A DNA stretch of 63,990 nt, counting the filler, from Octopus bimaculoides (lineage: Eukaryota): the NCBI RefSeq assembly GCF_001194135.2. It is 7 parts of 6 records of this genome, joined end to end, with 100 filler letters (N's around TTAATTAATTAA, not from the genome) between each part and the next. Parts side by side here need not be neighbours in the genome. Positions count along the whole stretch, not along the records: positions 1 to 24,921 come from NC_068987.1; positions 25,022 to 30,718 come from NC_068985.1; 5 more parts are not named here. One strand, given 5' to 3'. Shown one piece after another: positions 12,386-26,121 of the stretch. How positions within the stretch are numbered: position 1 is the stretch's first letter; each line of letters opens with the position of its first letter. The position numbers and the translations under genes are program-made. The notes under the pieces are model-generated. The model searched no databases and had not been told where the DNA came from. It saw nothing but the letters and a program-made list of their open reading frames with translations.

Positions 12386-12537
12386 ATGAGTGGTTGGCAT
12401 TAGGAAGGGCATCCAGCTGTAGAAACTCTGCCAAATTTAGATTGGAGCCTGGTGTTGCCATCCGGTTTTACCAGTCCTCAGTCAAATTGTCCAACCCATG
12501 CTAGCATGGAAAGCGGACGTTAAACGATGATGATGAT
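12386..12537 (+). mobile_element. RTE LINE extreme 3' end
   Basis: gagtggttggcattaggaagggcatccagctgtagaaac...gcggacgttaaacgatgatgatgat. Similar 3' ends lie at ~7960-8020, ~10895-11000(-), ~13600-13930, ~18100-18420, ~21250-21490, ~23270-23501(-), ~48960-49160(-), ~49555-49790 and ~52760-53040. Confidence 0.9.
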
Positions 12538-12857
12538 ATATACATGTTAGGGTGTATGCAGTTATAACATGCGTTCACTCCATTCATTAAATTTATATAT
12601 ATATATATACAATATACATACATATATATATATTTGTACACATATATATATAAATACCCCTGCATATATATATATATTTACTCACACATATATATGCATA
12701 TACACATGTGTGTGTGTATATATATATATATATTTAGATAGATATACACATGCATGCATATGTAGCTATATCTAGCTATACACACACGCACACACACATA
12801 CATACACACACACACACATAATTAAATTCTGGTCACAGAGTTACCAAAGATTTCATG

Positions 12858-12914
<57 letters not shown>

Positions 12915-13941
12915 GTAAATATATACATGTGTATATATAATCATACACACATATATCTGCATATGTGTATATATATGTATGTATATATACACACTCATAT
13001 ATAAACAAATAAATATACATACATACATTGTATACAGCAGCCATCCTACATAGTCTCAAGCTAAACATCATTTCATTTACATCAATTAAACTTGTCAGGA
13101 AATGCCAACAGAGATCAAGGCCATGCCCCTTCTTGAAAAACAAATCATATCAATGCCTTTAGAAAAGATTAAATGTTCATGGATTAGTGGTTAGAGTGTT
13201 ACACTTATGATCTCCAGATTGTGGTTTCAATCCCCAAGCCGGGTGTCACATTGTGTTCCTTGAGCAAAACACTCCATTTCTTGTTCATCCAGTCCACTGT
13301 GATGTTAACGAGTAACACGTAGCTCTGCAAAAGACTAGCATCCTGTCATGGGTAAATGTTGTGGTCTTGATCAGTAAGTCACCATGGAAACCGGGGAACC
13401 AGCTGTGTGAGTCCTAAGACTTCAGATAGTTCTTACTTTGGTAAGAACCCTAATAAATGCAAGCATGGCTGTGTGGTAAGGAGTTAGCTTTCCAACCAAA
13501 TGGTTCTGGGACCAGTCCTACTGTGTGACACCTTCTGCAAGAATCTTCTACTACATAGCCTCAGACTGACCAAAACCCCGCAAGTGGATTTCGATCGTTA
13601 CCAACGTTGCCTTCCTGGCACTTGTGCCAGTGGCACGTGAAAAGACATTCGAGCGAGATCATTGCCAGTGCCGCTGGACTGGCTCCTGTGCAGGTGGCAC
13701 GTAAAATGCACCATTTTGAGCATGGCCATTGCCAGTACCTCCTGACTGGCCCTCGTGCCGGTGGCACATAAAAGCACCCACTACACTCTCGGAGTGGTTG
13801 GCGTTAGGAAGGGCATCCAGCTGTAGAAACTCTGCCAAATCAGATTGGAGCCTGGTGTAGCCATCTGGTTCGCCAGTCCTCAGTCAAATGGAAAGCGGAC
13901 GTTAAACGAAGATGATGATGATGATGATGAAACTGGAAGAA

Positions 13942-14057
13942 GCCCGCACTCTTAACCACTATGCCATATGCCCATGGGTATATCAGCCGAAATGTTGTGT
14001 TAACAGCAAACAAGATGAGGACAAATATCCGTCAAATGTAAATAATGTAAATAATGA
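13942..14057. mobile_element. Rearranged tRNA-Arg-like SINE (inverted head fused to tail at CCCATGGG)
   Basis: 13942-13973 is the reverse complement of the head at 25789-25822. From 13976 on it matches the tail gggtatatcagccgaaa...gtaaataatgtaaataatg. Confidence 0.8.
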
Positions 14058-14192
14058 AGTCGATTTGTTTGACTAAAACACTCCGAGGTGGTGCTCCAGC
14101 ATGGCCGCAGTCAAAATGACAAAGGCAAGTAAGAAAATAACAGATAGACTTAACTTATTTAGAATCTGTTGTGTTGCTTTGGTTATTGCTTA

Positions 14193-14335
14193 GAGGTGCA
14201 TGACTTAGTGGTTAGGGTGTTGGACTCATGACCATAAGATTGTCGTTTCAATTCCTGGACCGGGCGACGCACTTGTGTTTTTGAGCAAAACACTTCATTT
14301 CATGTTGTTCCTGTCAACTCAGCTGGTAAAAAAAA
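14193..14335 (+). mobile_element. CORE-type SINE 5' part
   Basis: aggtgcatgacttagtggttagggtg...gtttcaattcctggaccggg...tgtgtttttgagcaaaacacttcatttcatgttg. A similar older copy is at ~13180-13310. Confidence 0.75.
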
Positions 14336-14448
14336 AAACCGAGAAATCCTGTCCAAGCCAGAGAAATCAATAAACTGACCGTTATGCACCTAACAGAGAC
14401 GTGTGGACTGACCATTATTTTGCTCTGTGTTCAAGAAGAGACTGATTC

Positions 14449-14449
<1 letters not shown>

Positions 14450-14486
<37 letters not shown>

Positions 14487-14776
14487 CATATACTCACTCT
14501 TTCTCTTTTATTATTTGTCCTTCGCTGTCTCTCACTCATTCTTTCTCTTTTTGTCTCTCATCCCTTCTCTCTCTTTCACTCCCTCCCACTTCCTTGCTCC
14601 CTCTTACTCTCATTTTCTCTCTGTCACTCTCTTTCTTTCAGTCTCTCTTTCATTCTTACTCTTCCCTTGCTCCCTCTCTTTTTCTATTTGTCTTTCACTA
14701 TCTCCCTCCCTCTCTACCACTCTACCTCTTTCTCTCTCTCACTCTCTCCACGTTTTCCTACTTATCTATCTCTGTT

Positions 14777-14808
<32 letters not shown>

Positions 14809-15183
14809 TCTATTTTATTTCTCTGTAGTTCAGAAAGACATATAAATGCTCATGCACACACACACACACACATGTACTCAAACACACACACACACATGCA
14901 GACCCAGCCACACACAGATGCAGACCCATCCACACACACATTCCCACATACAAACACACACACACATGCACATACACACACACACACAAACACATGCCCA
15001 CACACAAACAGATACACCCACATACAAACATACATGTACTCAAACACACAGACATGCAGACACATCCACACACACATGCCCACATACAAACACACACACA
15101 TACACACACACACACACACACACAAACACATGCCCACACATACATGTATTTTCCTATGTATATTCATGTGTGTATATATACAC
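14450..15183. repeat. Cryptic (CT)n then (CA)n low-complexity tract
   Basis: Degenerate pyrimidine-rich tract followed by CA-rich tract up to the N gap. Confidence 0.95.
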
Positions 15184-16101
15184 GNNNNNNNNNNNNNNNN
15201 NNNNNNNNNNNNNNNNNNNNNNNNNNNNNNNNNNNNNNNNNNNNNNNNNNNNNNNNNNNNNNNNNNNNNNNNNNNNNNNNNNNNNNNNNNNNNNNNNNNN
15301 NNNNNNNNNNNNNNNNNNNNNNNNNNNNNNNNNNNNNNNNNNNNNNNNNNNNNNNNNNNNNNNNNNNNNNNNNNNNNNNNNNNNNNNNNNNNNNNNNNNN
15401 NNNNNNNNNNNNNNNNNNNNNNNNNNNNNNNNNNNNNNNNNNNNNNNNNNNNNNNNNNNNNNNNNNNNNNNNNNNNNNNNNNNNNNNNNNNNNNNNNNNN
15501 NNNNNNNNNNNNNNNNNNNNNNNNNNNNNNNNNNNNNNNNNNNNNNNNNNNNNNNNNNNNNNNNNNNNNNNNNNNNNNNNNNNNNNNNNNNNNNNNNNNN
15601 NNNNNNNNNNNNNNNNNNNNNNNNNNNNNNNNNNNNNNNNNNNNNNNNNNNNNNNNNNNNNNNNNNNNNNNNNNNNNNNNNNNNNNNNNNNNNNNNNNNN
15701 NNNNNNNNNNNNNNNNNNNNNNNNNNNNNNNNNNNNNNNNNNNNNNNNNNNNNNNNNNNNNNNNNNNNNNNNNNNNNNNNNNNNNNNNNNNNNNNNNNNN
15801 NNNNNNNNNNNNNNNNNNNNNNNNNNNNNNNNNNNNNNNNNNNNNNNNNNNNNNNNNNNNNNNNNNNNNNNNNNNNNNNNNNNNNNNNNNNNNNNNNNNN
15901 NNNNNNNNNNNNNNNNNNNNNNNNNNNNNNNNNNNNNNNNNNNNNNNNNNNNNNNNNNNNNNNNNNNNNNNNNNNNNNNNNNNNNNNNNNNNNNNNNNNN
16001 NNNNNNNNNNNNNNNNNNNNNNNNNNNNNNNNNNNNNNNNNNNNNNNNNNNNNNNNNNNNNNNNNNNNNNNNNNNNNNNNNNNNNNNNNNNNNNNNNNNN
16101 N

Positions 16102-16183
<82 letters not shown>

Positions 16184-17035
16184 AATTATAATAATGATAA
16201 TGATAATAATAGTTGTTTTTGTTGCTGTTGTTGTTGTAACAGTTACAATGGCAGCTGTAGCAAAATAACAATTGCAGCAATGGAGAAGATAGTGATTATG
16301 AAGATGATGATGATGGTCATGATGGTCATGATGATGATGATGATGATGATGATGTGGAGGATGACAATGATGACGATGATGATGATGACGATGATGATGA
16401 TGACGATGATGATGATGATGATAGTGGAGGTGGCGACGATGATAATGACAGTGATAATAGTGATGGTGATGATGATGATGACGACGACGATGGTAATGAT
16501 GATGATGATGATGATGATGTTGATGATGACGACGACGGTAATGATGATGATGATGGTTGCACTTATGACGATGAAGATGAGGATAATGATTGATGACAAT
16601 GCTGCTGTTGTTGCTGCTAATGATGATGATGATGATGGTGATGACAATGATTACAACACTGATGATGATGATGGTGAGGACGAGGACGAGGGAGAAGAGG
16701 ATGTTAGTGAAAATGATGATGATGATGATGTTCATAATGATAATGATACTAATGATTGACAACGATGATGACGATGACGACGACGATGACAATGATGATG
16801 TTGATGCTGATCATGATAATGATGATCATGATGACGCTGACGACGACGATAATGTCAACAACGATGATGATAATGACAATGATGACAGTGAAAATGACAT
16901 TGCAGCTGCTGCTGCCCCTTTTCCTCCTCCTCCTCCTGCTGCTGCCCCTTTTCCTCCTCCTCCTCCTGCTGCTGCCCCTTTTCCTCCTCCTCCTGCTGCT
17001 GCTGCCCCTTTTCCTCCTCCTCCTGCTGCTGCAGA
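16102..17035. repeat. Compound trinucleotide tract (TAA to GAT/GAC) ending in a 27-30 bp minisatellite
   Basis: (TAA)n, (GTT)n, (GAT)n and (GAC)n, then four units of gctgctgccccttttcctcctcctcct(cct) at ~16904-17032. Confidence 0.95.
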
Positions 17036-17194
17036 TGATTTCTCACTTTGGCACAAAAGCACCGATCTGTTACAGCAGATTCTTTAAGGGAACCCTCATA
17101 CACCTCTGCTATTCTTTGGTCCACAACTTCGCAGTCTCAACTTCCCCACCATTCCGGTATTAGCAATAATGTTGTTACCGATTTCTTTTTGGCA

Positions 17195-18075
17195 TAAAGT
17201 CACATAGAAGGGGCAAACAAGGTCAGACAAACAGATTAAGTCGATTACATCGGCCCCAGTGTGTAACTGGTACTTAATTTATCGACCCCGAAAGGAAGAA
17301 AGGCAAAGTCGACCTCAGCGGAATTTGAACTCAGAATGTAACAGTAGACAAAATACCTCGCTGCCTTAACATCTACTTTTCTGTACCGGCATGAGTCGGA
17401 TGGTTTGCTAAGACCAGATGAACCAGAGGCTGCACCAAGCTTCAATGTCTGCTTTGACTTGGTTGACATGATAGAGGGTCACTATCCTATCATATTACCA
17501 TTCTAATTTATTGTTGTTGTTGTTCTTCTTCATCTTCTATCAGCAGTAATTTTGTGTGCCATCAATTCGTGTAAATTACAATCCATTTTAATAAGCAAAA
17601 ATATGCTGTTGTGATGTTTATATCACTATCAAGAATGATTTCAAATTTTGGCACCAGGCCAGTAATTTTAGGAAGGAGTAAGTCAATTACATCAACCCCA
17701 GTGCATAACTGGTACTTATTTTATCGACCCTGAAAGGGTGAAAACAAAGTCAGCCTCCATAGGATTCGAACATAACGCCATAAGCATTTTACTTGGCATG
17801 CTAATGATTCTGCCAGCTCTTTTATGCTACTCACCACTACCAAAAATATTGGTTTCAAATTTTAGCCTAAGGCCAGCAAGTTCAGAGCAGGTAGTAAGTC
17901 GATTACATCACCCCCCCCCCCNNNNNNNNNNCCCAGTACACAACTGGTATTTATCTTATTGACCCTGAAAAGATGAAAGACAAAGTCAACCTCAACAGAA
18001 TTGAGCTCAGAACATAAAAATAGGCAAAATACCATTAAGCATTTTTGCCTGGCATGCTAACAACTCTGCCAGCTC
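17195..18075 (-). mobile_element. Three same-orientation copies of SINE family C
   Basis: Copies at ~17195-17380, ~17638-17820 and ~17849-18075 share ttatcgaccc(c/t)gaaagg..gaaa..caaagtc and the gagctggcaga head of 39884-40114. Confidence 0.85.
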
Positions 18076-19597
18076 CTTTATGCTACTTTTTGGTCTTGCC
18101 AGGTACTTGGTGATCCTGTCAGTGCAGGTGCCACATAAAAGCACCCAGTCCACACAGTAAAGTGGTTGGTGTTAGGAAAGGCATCCAGCTGTAAAACCTT
18201 GCCAAAACTGACCTCACCTGTGCTTGTGCCACATAAAAAGCACAAAATCCACTTTGCTGAGTGGTTGGTGTTAGGAAGGGCATCCAGCTGTAAAAATCCT
18301 GCCAAAACAGTCACAGAAGTTTGGTACAGGCTTCTGCCTGGCTGGCTCTTGTGAAACCATCCCACCCATGCTAGCATTGAAGGCTGATGTTTAACGATGA
18401 TGATGATGATGATGATAATGGTAGAGAACCAAGTATATGAGTAGCATAAAAGAATTGAAATAGTTTCAACCAGGAATCAAATGTGACACATACTTTACTG
18501 GAAAAAGACTGTTCATATTGTACAATGTCCAATCATAGCTAGAATGATCAATCATTAAAATACTATAGAAAATTACGATGTGGAAAATATAAATTGACAC
18601 ATGGAATGGAATAATAAATAGTTCCTCAGCGTTGTGTGTGTGCGTGTGTGTGTGCCTACGTTTGCATGTCTACTTTTGTGTGTCTATGTTTGTGTGTAGA
18701 TGTGTGATTTGTTGGCCTAATTCAGTCTCTGCTAAATTTATGTAAAGATAACAATAGGCAACTTTCTTAAAAGTACACACCATATAAATGTATTTGTGAA
18801 ATTATGTTAATGGTACTTTAGTATAAACCGCACACCAACCAGCCAGAACAAATCACTTCTCTATACATTTTACTTCCCTTATTTCAATGATCCATGACAA
18901 TATAAAGAGCAGTATTCAGTACAAATCTGGTTTACTTCATCTCAATATCCTGTTACAATAAAGAACACTGAAAGCTATTTGAGATTTTTGATAAAAGAAA
19001 ATATTTATTTTTATCATAAACGAAAAAATGTAGCCGTTACTATGAACGACAAATACCGAGATAGTCCAAAGCTGATTGTTCTTGGACTATGTATGATAGT
19101 AGTCACTGTCGTGGATTCCTTCATGTTAACTGATCCTTGTGTGTTGCTGTCGCTGTCCATCCATTGTTTTAGTGTTGTCACAGCACTCTGGTCAGCTGCT
19201 GGTTCTGCTACTGTCTGCTGTCTTCTGAGTCCAGTTTGATGTCTACTGTCCACCATCTGTTAGTAGTGGCTAAAATGTACTGTATATAATAGTGGTGGTC
19301 ATACTCAGAAAATTGTTATTAGGTCCAATTCCACACAAAGTTTTGAATGGTCAGATTTTTTTATGATGTTAATTTTCTAGCAAATCTCAATCATATTCTT
19401 GAGTCTTTTTGTTTTCTTTTTTTGTATCATACATAGAGATCCAGGTTTGATTGCTAAATATTCTTGTTATGGTCCTTACATGTTACACATTCACAATATC
19501 TTCATAAAAGCTGTAAATATCCACATAGCTTTTACAATAATTTCAAACCCAGTCCCAACATAAGCGTAAGATTAACAATTTCATGTTCAACACATTC

Positions 19598-19750
19598 TTT
19601 TATTCTTTTAGCTGGTTCAGTCATTTGACTGCGGCCAAGCTGGAGTACCGCTTTTAGTCGAACAAATCGATCACAGGACTCATTCTTTGTAAGTCTAGTA
19701 ATTATTCTATCAGTTGTCAAGCGATGCTGGGGGAACAAACAGACACACAT

Positions 19751-19809
<59 letters not shown>

Positions 19810-19972
19810 CGACGGGCTTCTTCCAGTTTCCGTTTACCAAATCCACTCACAAGGCTTTGGTCGGCCTGAGGCTAAAGTAGAAGACACTTGCCGAAGGTGC
19901 CACGCAGTGGGACTGAGCCTGGAACCATGTAGTTGGTAAGCAAGCTACTTACCACACAGCCACTCCTGCGCC
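19598..19972 (-). mobile_element. Full-length SINE family A with internal (TA)/(CA) microsatellite
   Basis: tRNA-like head gtggctgtgtggtaagtagc...ggctcagtcccac, central domain, internal microsatellite, body and aaaagaat tail. Confidence 0.9.
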
Positions 19973-20903
19973 TTGTTAATTATCTCTAAAATGTGTCGCC
20001 TAATGATTCCTTGTTCAATTTTTGTGCAGTTAATGATTCAGGTTATGAAACCATCAACAAAATTTTACTTATGGTCATTGACGGTTATCTAGGGTTGTAT
20101 TTTTTGGATAGACATATTACTACTCCCTCTTTGATGTCTAGATTAGGGGCTATATTTTGGTGCCATTGTTTTAGGGAATTTAAAGTATTAACAGTCTTTT
20201 TGTAATTGATAGCAACGTAGTTCGGTAGTTCGTTAGTAGGCTATTGTACGATTCACAGTAAATTTCATTCTTTTTTTTTCTTTTTTCTTTTTCAAATATG
20301 TTGTATGACTCTGAGATATCTCTCAGATTTCTTGCCAGTAACTAGTGGAAGGTGTGGTGATATATTTTCTTGAATTTTGCTTTTAATCTTTTTGAAGATA
20401 TTGATTTCTAAAGGTTCAAGGAGTTCGTTGTTTGGTGGGCATTTTCTAGTTCTGTAACTGACTGTTATGTCCAGTAGCATTTTGTCATTTCCTTTGCCAA
20501 AGAAGCATCACATCTAATGCATTTCTCTTTGACAAAATCTTCTGTGTGGAACATAGGCAACTTAGAGAAACGTTTGTGTGTTGATGTAGCAGTGTTTTCG
20601 ATTAGAAAATCCATATAACGTAGGAGTTCACTTTCCAGCTGTTATGCTTTGTGTTTAACACGTAGAGGGAGCTTCTCTGAATAGGGGTCCATGTAATGGG
20701 ATTTTGAAGCAGTTGTTGACCATGAGAGGAGTCAATGCTTGTTAATAAAGTGCTAACATAAATAAAATATATACACACATATAAATATATGCATATATAT
20801 GTGTGTGTGCATGTATGCCTGTGTAAATATATACATATCTGTCTGTCTATCTGTCTATCTATCTATATTTATATATCTATCTTTCTTTCTATCTATCTAT
20901 CCT

Positions 20904-20966
<63 letters not shown>

Positions 20967-21455
20967 ATTTATTNNNNNNNNNNTCTATCTATCTATCTTT
21001 CTTTCTTTCTATTTATTTATCCTTCTATCTGTCTATCTATCTATCTATCTCTACCTATATATCTATCTTTACCTATTTATCTATCTTTCTCTACCTATAT
21101 ATCTATCTATCTATCTTTATCTACCTACCTACCAATCTATCTAATTGTCCATCTATCCATCCAACTTTCTATCTGTCCGTCCGTCCATCCATCCATCTAT
21201 CTATCTATTTTATGCATGTGTGTATGTGTTGTATGTATCTATATAAAATCACTTGTGGTAGTGCCACATCAAAGTTCCCATGTGGTACCATGTAAAAGCA
21301 CCCTTTTCAGTACCTCGTAAAAGCAGGGTTGGTGTTAGGAAGAGAATCCAGCCATAGAAACCATGCAAAATCAGACTGGAGTCTGGTGCAGCTCCACAAC
21401 TTACCAGCTCTGGTCAAGCCATCCAACCCATGCCAGCATGGACAACGGATGTTAA

Positions 21456-21490
<35 letters not shown>

Positions 21491-21544
21491 ATCTGTGTGT
21501 ACTTATATATATATATAGGCACCCCCACACACACAAAGCATATT

Positions 21545-21735
21545 CCAAAAGTAATGCAAAAGTGTACATAATCTTTTTGTTAATTGACCAATGGTTATTG
21601 AAATTGCACATGTTGATGGAGGAACTCTTTATCTTTGATAATTCATCTTCCTGTTCTTCACTACAGGTAAATAATGGCTTCCAAGCAGAAGCAAAGTGCC
21701 AACTTTGAGCTCTTGATGAAGGAGGGCTGCAAGCT
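21545..21735 (+). mobile_element. Possible mariner 5' end (transposase N-terminus), cut by gap
   Basis: ATG at 21674 gives MASKQKQSANFELLMKEGCK, resembling the mariner N-terminal QRAVIEFLxxEG motif (recall). Truncated by Ns. Confidence 0.35.
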
Positions 21736-22810
21736 NNNNNNNNNNNNNNNNNNNNNNNNNNNNNNNNNNNNNNNNNNNNNNNNNNNNNNNNNNNNNNNNN
21801 NNNNNNNNNNNNNNNNNNNNNNNNNNNNNNNNNNNNNNNNNNNNNNNNNNNNNNNNNNNNNNNNNNNNNNNNNNNNNNNNNNNNNNNNNNNNNNNNNNNN
21901 NNNNNNNNNNNNNNNNNNNNNNNNNNNNNNNNNNNNNNNNNNNNNNNNNNNNNNNNNNNNNNNNNNNNNNNNNNNNNNNNNNNNNNNNNNNNNNNNNNNN
22001 NNNNNNNNNNNNNNNNNNNNNNNNNNNNNNNGCTATGGGTTGTTTACAAATATGATACCATTAACAAAAGAAATGCGCACAGAAGAATGGAAAAATGTTA
22101 AAAACAAAAACAAAAAAAAAAAAAAATCCATGTGATACAAGTGGGACTGCACCCAAAAACCACACGACCAGGAAGCAAACATCTTACCACATAGCCACGG
22201 TTGCACCAAAATAAATAAAAAAAAAGCCAATCAAGCAACAAATCTCCACATAAATAACAAGTTCACTGATCAATCATTAACATTTAATACTTAACATTTA
22301 ATCATTAACATTCAATCATTAAGATTCCTTGAAATGATTGATTGGAAAGTCATTATAAAGTCAGAAAGTAGATTTCTTCAAGACATCTTCACCAACTTTT
22401 CTACAACACAATGTCCTCTCCTGAAGACTTATAAAACCAGACTTTATCAGTAAAAAGTAATTAGTGTTTGGTTTTTTTTTAGTATTTGTTGGTATTTTGC
22501 TCATTTTGTCTCAAATGCTTTTGGCCTTCCTTTTTTCCTTCCTTTCTTTCTTTCTCTCCACAATCTTTCCTTGCGTATTTCTTTATGTCTGGCTGGATAT
22601 CAAGCTTTGTCTGTCTGTCTGTCTGTCTGTCTCTATCACTGTCACTTTCTCTCTCTCTCTCTCTCCACATGCACACACAATATATATTTATACACTCACA
22701 CACACAGATCATCATCATCATTATCCTCATCATCATCAAAGTCTTGATGACTACTTTTCCATGCTTGCATAGAGTGGACATATATATGTCGGTGTGTGTG
22801 TGTGTGTGCA

Positions 22811-22854
<44 letters not shown>

Positions 22855-24578
22855 AACACACATATATAGAGACACACACATATATATACATACACACATA
22901 AATACACACACATTTGTATACATATATCTATGCACACACACACACCACACACACACACACACATACACCACACCCACACACCAATGTGCACACATATACA
23001 CATGTATATTGATCAGTATATAAGGACCTGTGTATATTTTATCTACATTTATCTATCAATCAATCTGTCTGTGGATTGCTATCAATATCTGTCTATGTTT
23101 CTATGTATATATTTATCTAAGCATCACAGGGGATTATCTTTTCCTTATTATTTCCACTGGTCTCATTTCCATATAAATTTTCGGACATATGAAAGAGTAT
23201 AGAGCTGATTGCTGCACCTAATACAAGCCTGTAAAATCTGAAGCAGAAGGTACATACACACACAATGAATCATCATCATCATCATCATCGTTTAACGTCC
23301 GCTTTCCATGCTAGCATGGGTTGGACAATTTGACTGAGGACTGGTGAAACCGGATGGCAACACCAGGCTCCAATCTGATTTGGCAGAGTTTCTACAGCTG
23401 GATGCCCTTCCTAACGCCAACCACTCAGAGAGTGTAGTGGGTGCTTTTATGTGTCACCCGCACGAAAACGGCCACGCTCGAAATGGCGTCTTTTATGTGC
23501 CNNNNNNNNNNNNNNNNNNNNNNNNNNNNNNNNNNNNNNNNNNNNNNNNNNNNNNNNNNNNNNNNNNNNNNNNNNNNNNNNNNNNNNNNNNNNNNNNNNN
23601 NNNNNNNNNNNNNNNNNNNNNNNNNNNNNNNNNNNNNNNNNNNNNNNNNNNNNNNNNNNNNNNNNNNNNNNNNNNNNNNNNNNNNNNNNNNNNNNNNNNN
23701 NNNNNNNNNNNNNNNNNNNNNNNNNNNNNNNNNNNNNNNNNNCCGACCAAAGCTTTGTGAGTGGATTTGGTAGACGGAAACTGAAAGAAGCCCGTTGTGT
23801 ATGTGTATGTGTGTGTATCCACAGATATGTGTATTCCTTAACGTAGTTCTTGGGGAGGTTCAGCGTGACACAGAGTGTGACAAGGCTGGCCCTTTGAAAT
23901 CCTCCATCAGTGGTGGTGGTGGGGGGGGGATTTAAAAAAAAAGGAAGTTGAAGAAAGACAAACAGGGTTTTACATATAGATATATATGTATATCTTTAGA
24001 AAGTTGATTGTTTTGGTTAGTCAGAATATGACCATTGGTTTCGCTCATATACAACGCTTAGCTGTACCGGGAACTCATGAAACTCAAATGGCCAGAGGCG
24101 CCTAACCTCTCTACAAGTGAAGGGAGGAAAATGCCACGGTGAGTTAGTTTTGCAAACAAAATCAATAAATCCAGAACAAACCCAGCAGATAAGGTTTCAG
24201 GCAGGATGGTGTTATCTCTCTTACGTCGGTTCCAACAGTGACAGTTTTGGAAGCTGATGGCATGCTCTGATCCAGCAAATGACTACTCCCAAACTTGCAA
24301 CAGGAAGCATCTCCGATGTGGACATTGACTAAACACTACGTGTCTGGAGTTTAAAAAGTTTTTCAGGATTCTTGATCTCTCAGCCAAGCAAAGCTTTCAT
24401 CATTTTCTCTCACTGAAACATGGTCCTGATTGTTTGAGGATCCTCCATTTAATTACGTATGGTGTTTCTTCCTCTTTTAAAAACCGTATGTCGAACTGCT
24501 AAGTTACGGGGTATAAACACCAACATCGGTTATCAAGCGATGGTGCAGGGACAAACACAGACACACAAATATATATAG

Positions 24579-24885
24579 ATGTGGCTGTGTGGCAAGAAGC
24601 TTGTTTCCTAACCACATGGTTCTAGGTTCAGTCCTACCATGGGCAAGTGTCTTCTGCTATAGCCTCAGGTTGACAAAAGCCTTATGAGTGTGTGTTTGTG
24701 TGTCTGTCCCCCCCACCATCGCTTAACAACCGATGCTGATGTGTTTACATCCCTGGAACTTAGCGGTTCAACAAAAGAAACTGATAGAATAAGTACTAGG
24801 CTTACAAAGAATATGTCCTGGGGTCGATTTGTTTGAGTATGGCCACAGCATGACCACAGTCAAATGACTGAAACAAGTAAAAGAA

Positions 24886-24888
<3 letters not shown>
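24579..24888 (+). mobile_element. Near full-length SINE family A
   Basis: Head gtggctgtgtggcaagaagc through tail cagtcaaatgactgaaacaagtaaaagaata. Confidence 0.9.
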
Positions 24889-24921
<33 letters not shown>

Positions 24922-24965
24922 NNNNNNNNNNNNNNNNNNNNNNNNNNNNNNNNNNNNNNNNNNNN

Positions 24966-24977
24966 TTAATTAATTAA
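24966..24977. other. Assembly linker TTAATTAATTAA inside a 100-bp N gap
   Basis: N44-TTAATTAATTAA-N44. Identical linkers at 30763-30774, 34908-34919, 55295-55306, 59439-59450 and 62401-62412. Confidence 0.95.
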
Positions 24978-25021
24978 NNNNNNNNNNNNNNNNNNNNNNN
25001 NNNNNNNNNNNNNNNNNNNNN

Positions 25022-25096
<75 letters not shown>

Positions 25097-25527
25097 ACAT
25101 ATATGTATATACATCCACGCACACACATATATGCATCTACATACAAACATACATACAAACACGTACGCGTGCAAAGACCTACATACATGCATACGCGCGC
25201 GCGTGTGTGTGTGTGTGTGTGTGTGTGTATAACACGTGAAATACATGATAATGAGAGAATACCAATTGATAACATCAAGAGAGGATTTAATTAGTTAATT
25301 CTGTTTAGGTCCTAGATCTCGTTAAAAGAATAATTAGAAAACTGAAAGTTTTGGGGAAAATTAGCTTATATAAGAAAATGGAAAGGATAAGTATAAAAAC
25401 CGTAATATACAAGAATCTTAGAATATATAACAGGATTAAGAAGGATTATATGAAGATTGTAACGCTAGGGTGTAAAAGATGAAGGCGACAACATTCGTAA
25501 AATTTTGGTCATAAGAGAACATAGTTA

Positions 25528-25712
25528 CAGTCCTATATTTAACAGATGAGGAATTATGCCCATTATTTACATTATTTACATTTGACGGATGTTTGTCCCC
25601 ATCTTGTTTGTTGTTAACACAACGTTTTGGCTGATACACTCTCCAGGTGTCTTGGGGAAATTTTGAACCTGGGTTCTCATTCCTAAGGTATTTTTCGATT
25701 TTGTTGTTGTTG

Positions 25713-25757
<45 letters not shown>

Positions 25758-25868
25758 GTGTTTAGGTCACTGCTTGGAATGCCCATGGGCATATGGCGTA
25801 GTGGTTAAGAGTGCGGGCTACTAACCCCAAGATTCCGAGTTCGATTCCAAGCAGTGACCTGAACACTG

Positions 25869-25956
<88 letters not shown>

Positions 25957-26121
25957 CAACAACAACAACATCGAGAAATACCTTAGGAATGAGAACCCAC
26001 GTTCGTAATTTCCCCAAGACACCTGATGCAGGCTGAAGGGTATATCAGCCGAAACGTTGTGTTAACAACAAACAAGATGAGGACAAATATCCGTCAAATG
26101 TAAATAATGTAAATAATGTAT
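25528..26121. mobile_element. Head-to-head inverted dimer of a tRNA-Arg-like SINE with Penelope-like tail, 12-bp TSD
   Basis: Minus copy 25528-25780 and plus copy ~25786-26121 meet at palindrome GCCCATGGGC (25781-25790). Direct repeat AGAACATAGTTA at 25516-25527 and 26122-26133. Both copies carry an internal (AAT)n. Confidence 0.85.

Noticed and set aside
16354-16593. Poly-Asp ORF resembling acidic mollusc shell proteins
   Set aside because: Lies within a (GAT)n/(GAC)n slippage tract, with no signal peptide or recognisable splice context.
19000-20720. Coding-like remnants on the minus strand (possible L1/Tx1 or Penelope N-terminal pieces)
   Set aside because: I could not place convincing ordered motifs; needs a translated search.
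25786-25860. Functional tRNA genes (here and at other SINE heads)
   Set aside because: A and B boxes are present, but there is no acceptor-stem closure and each head runs into a SINE body.
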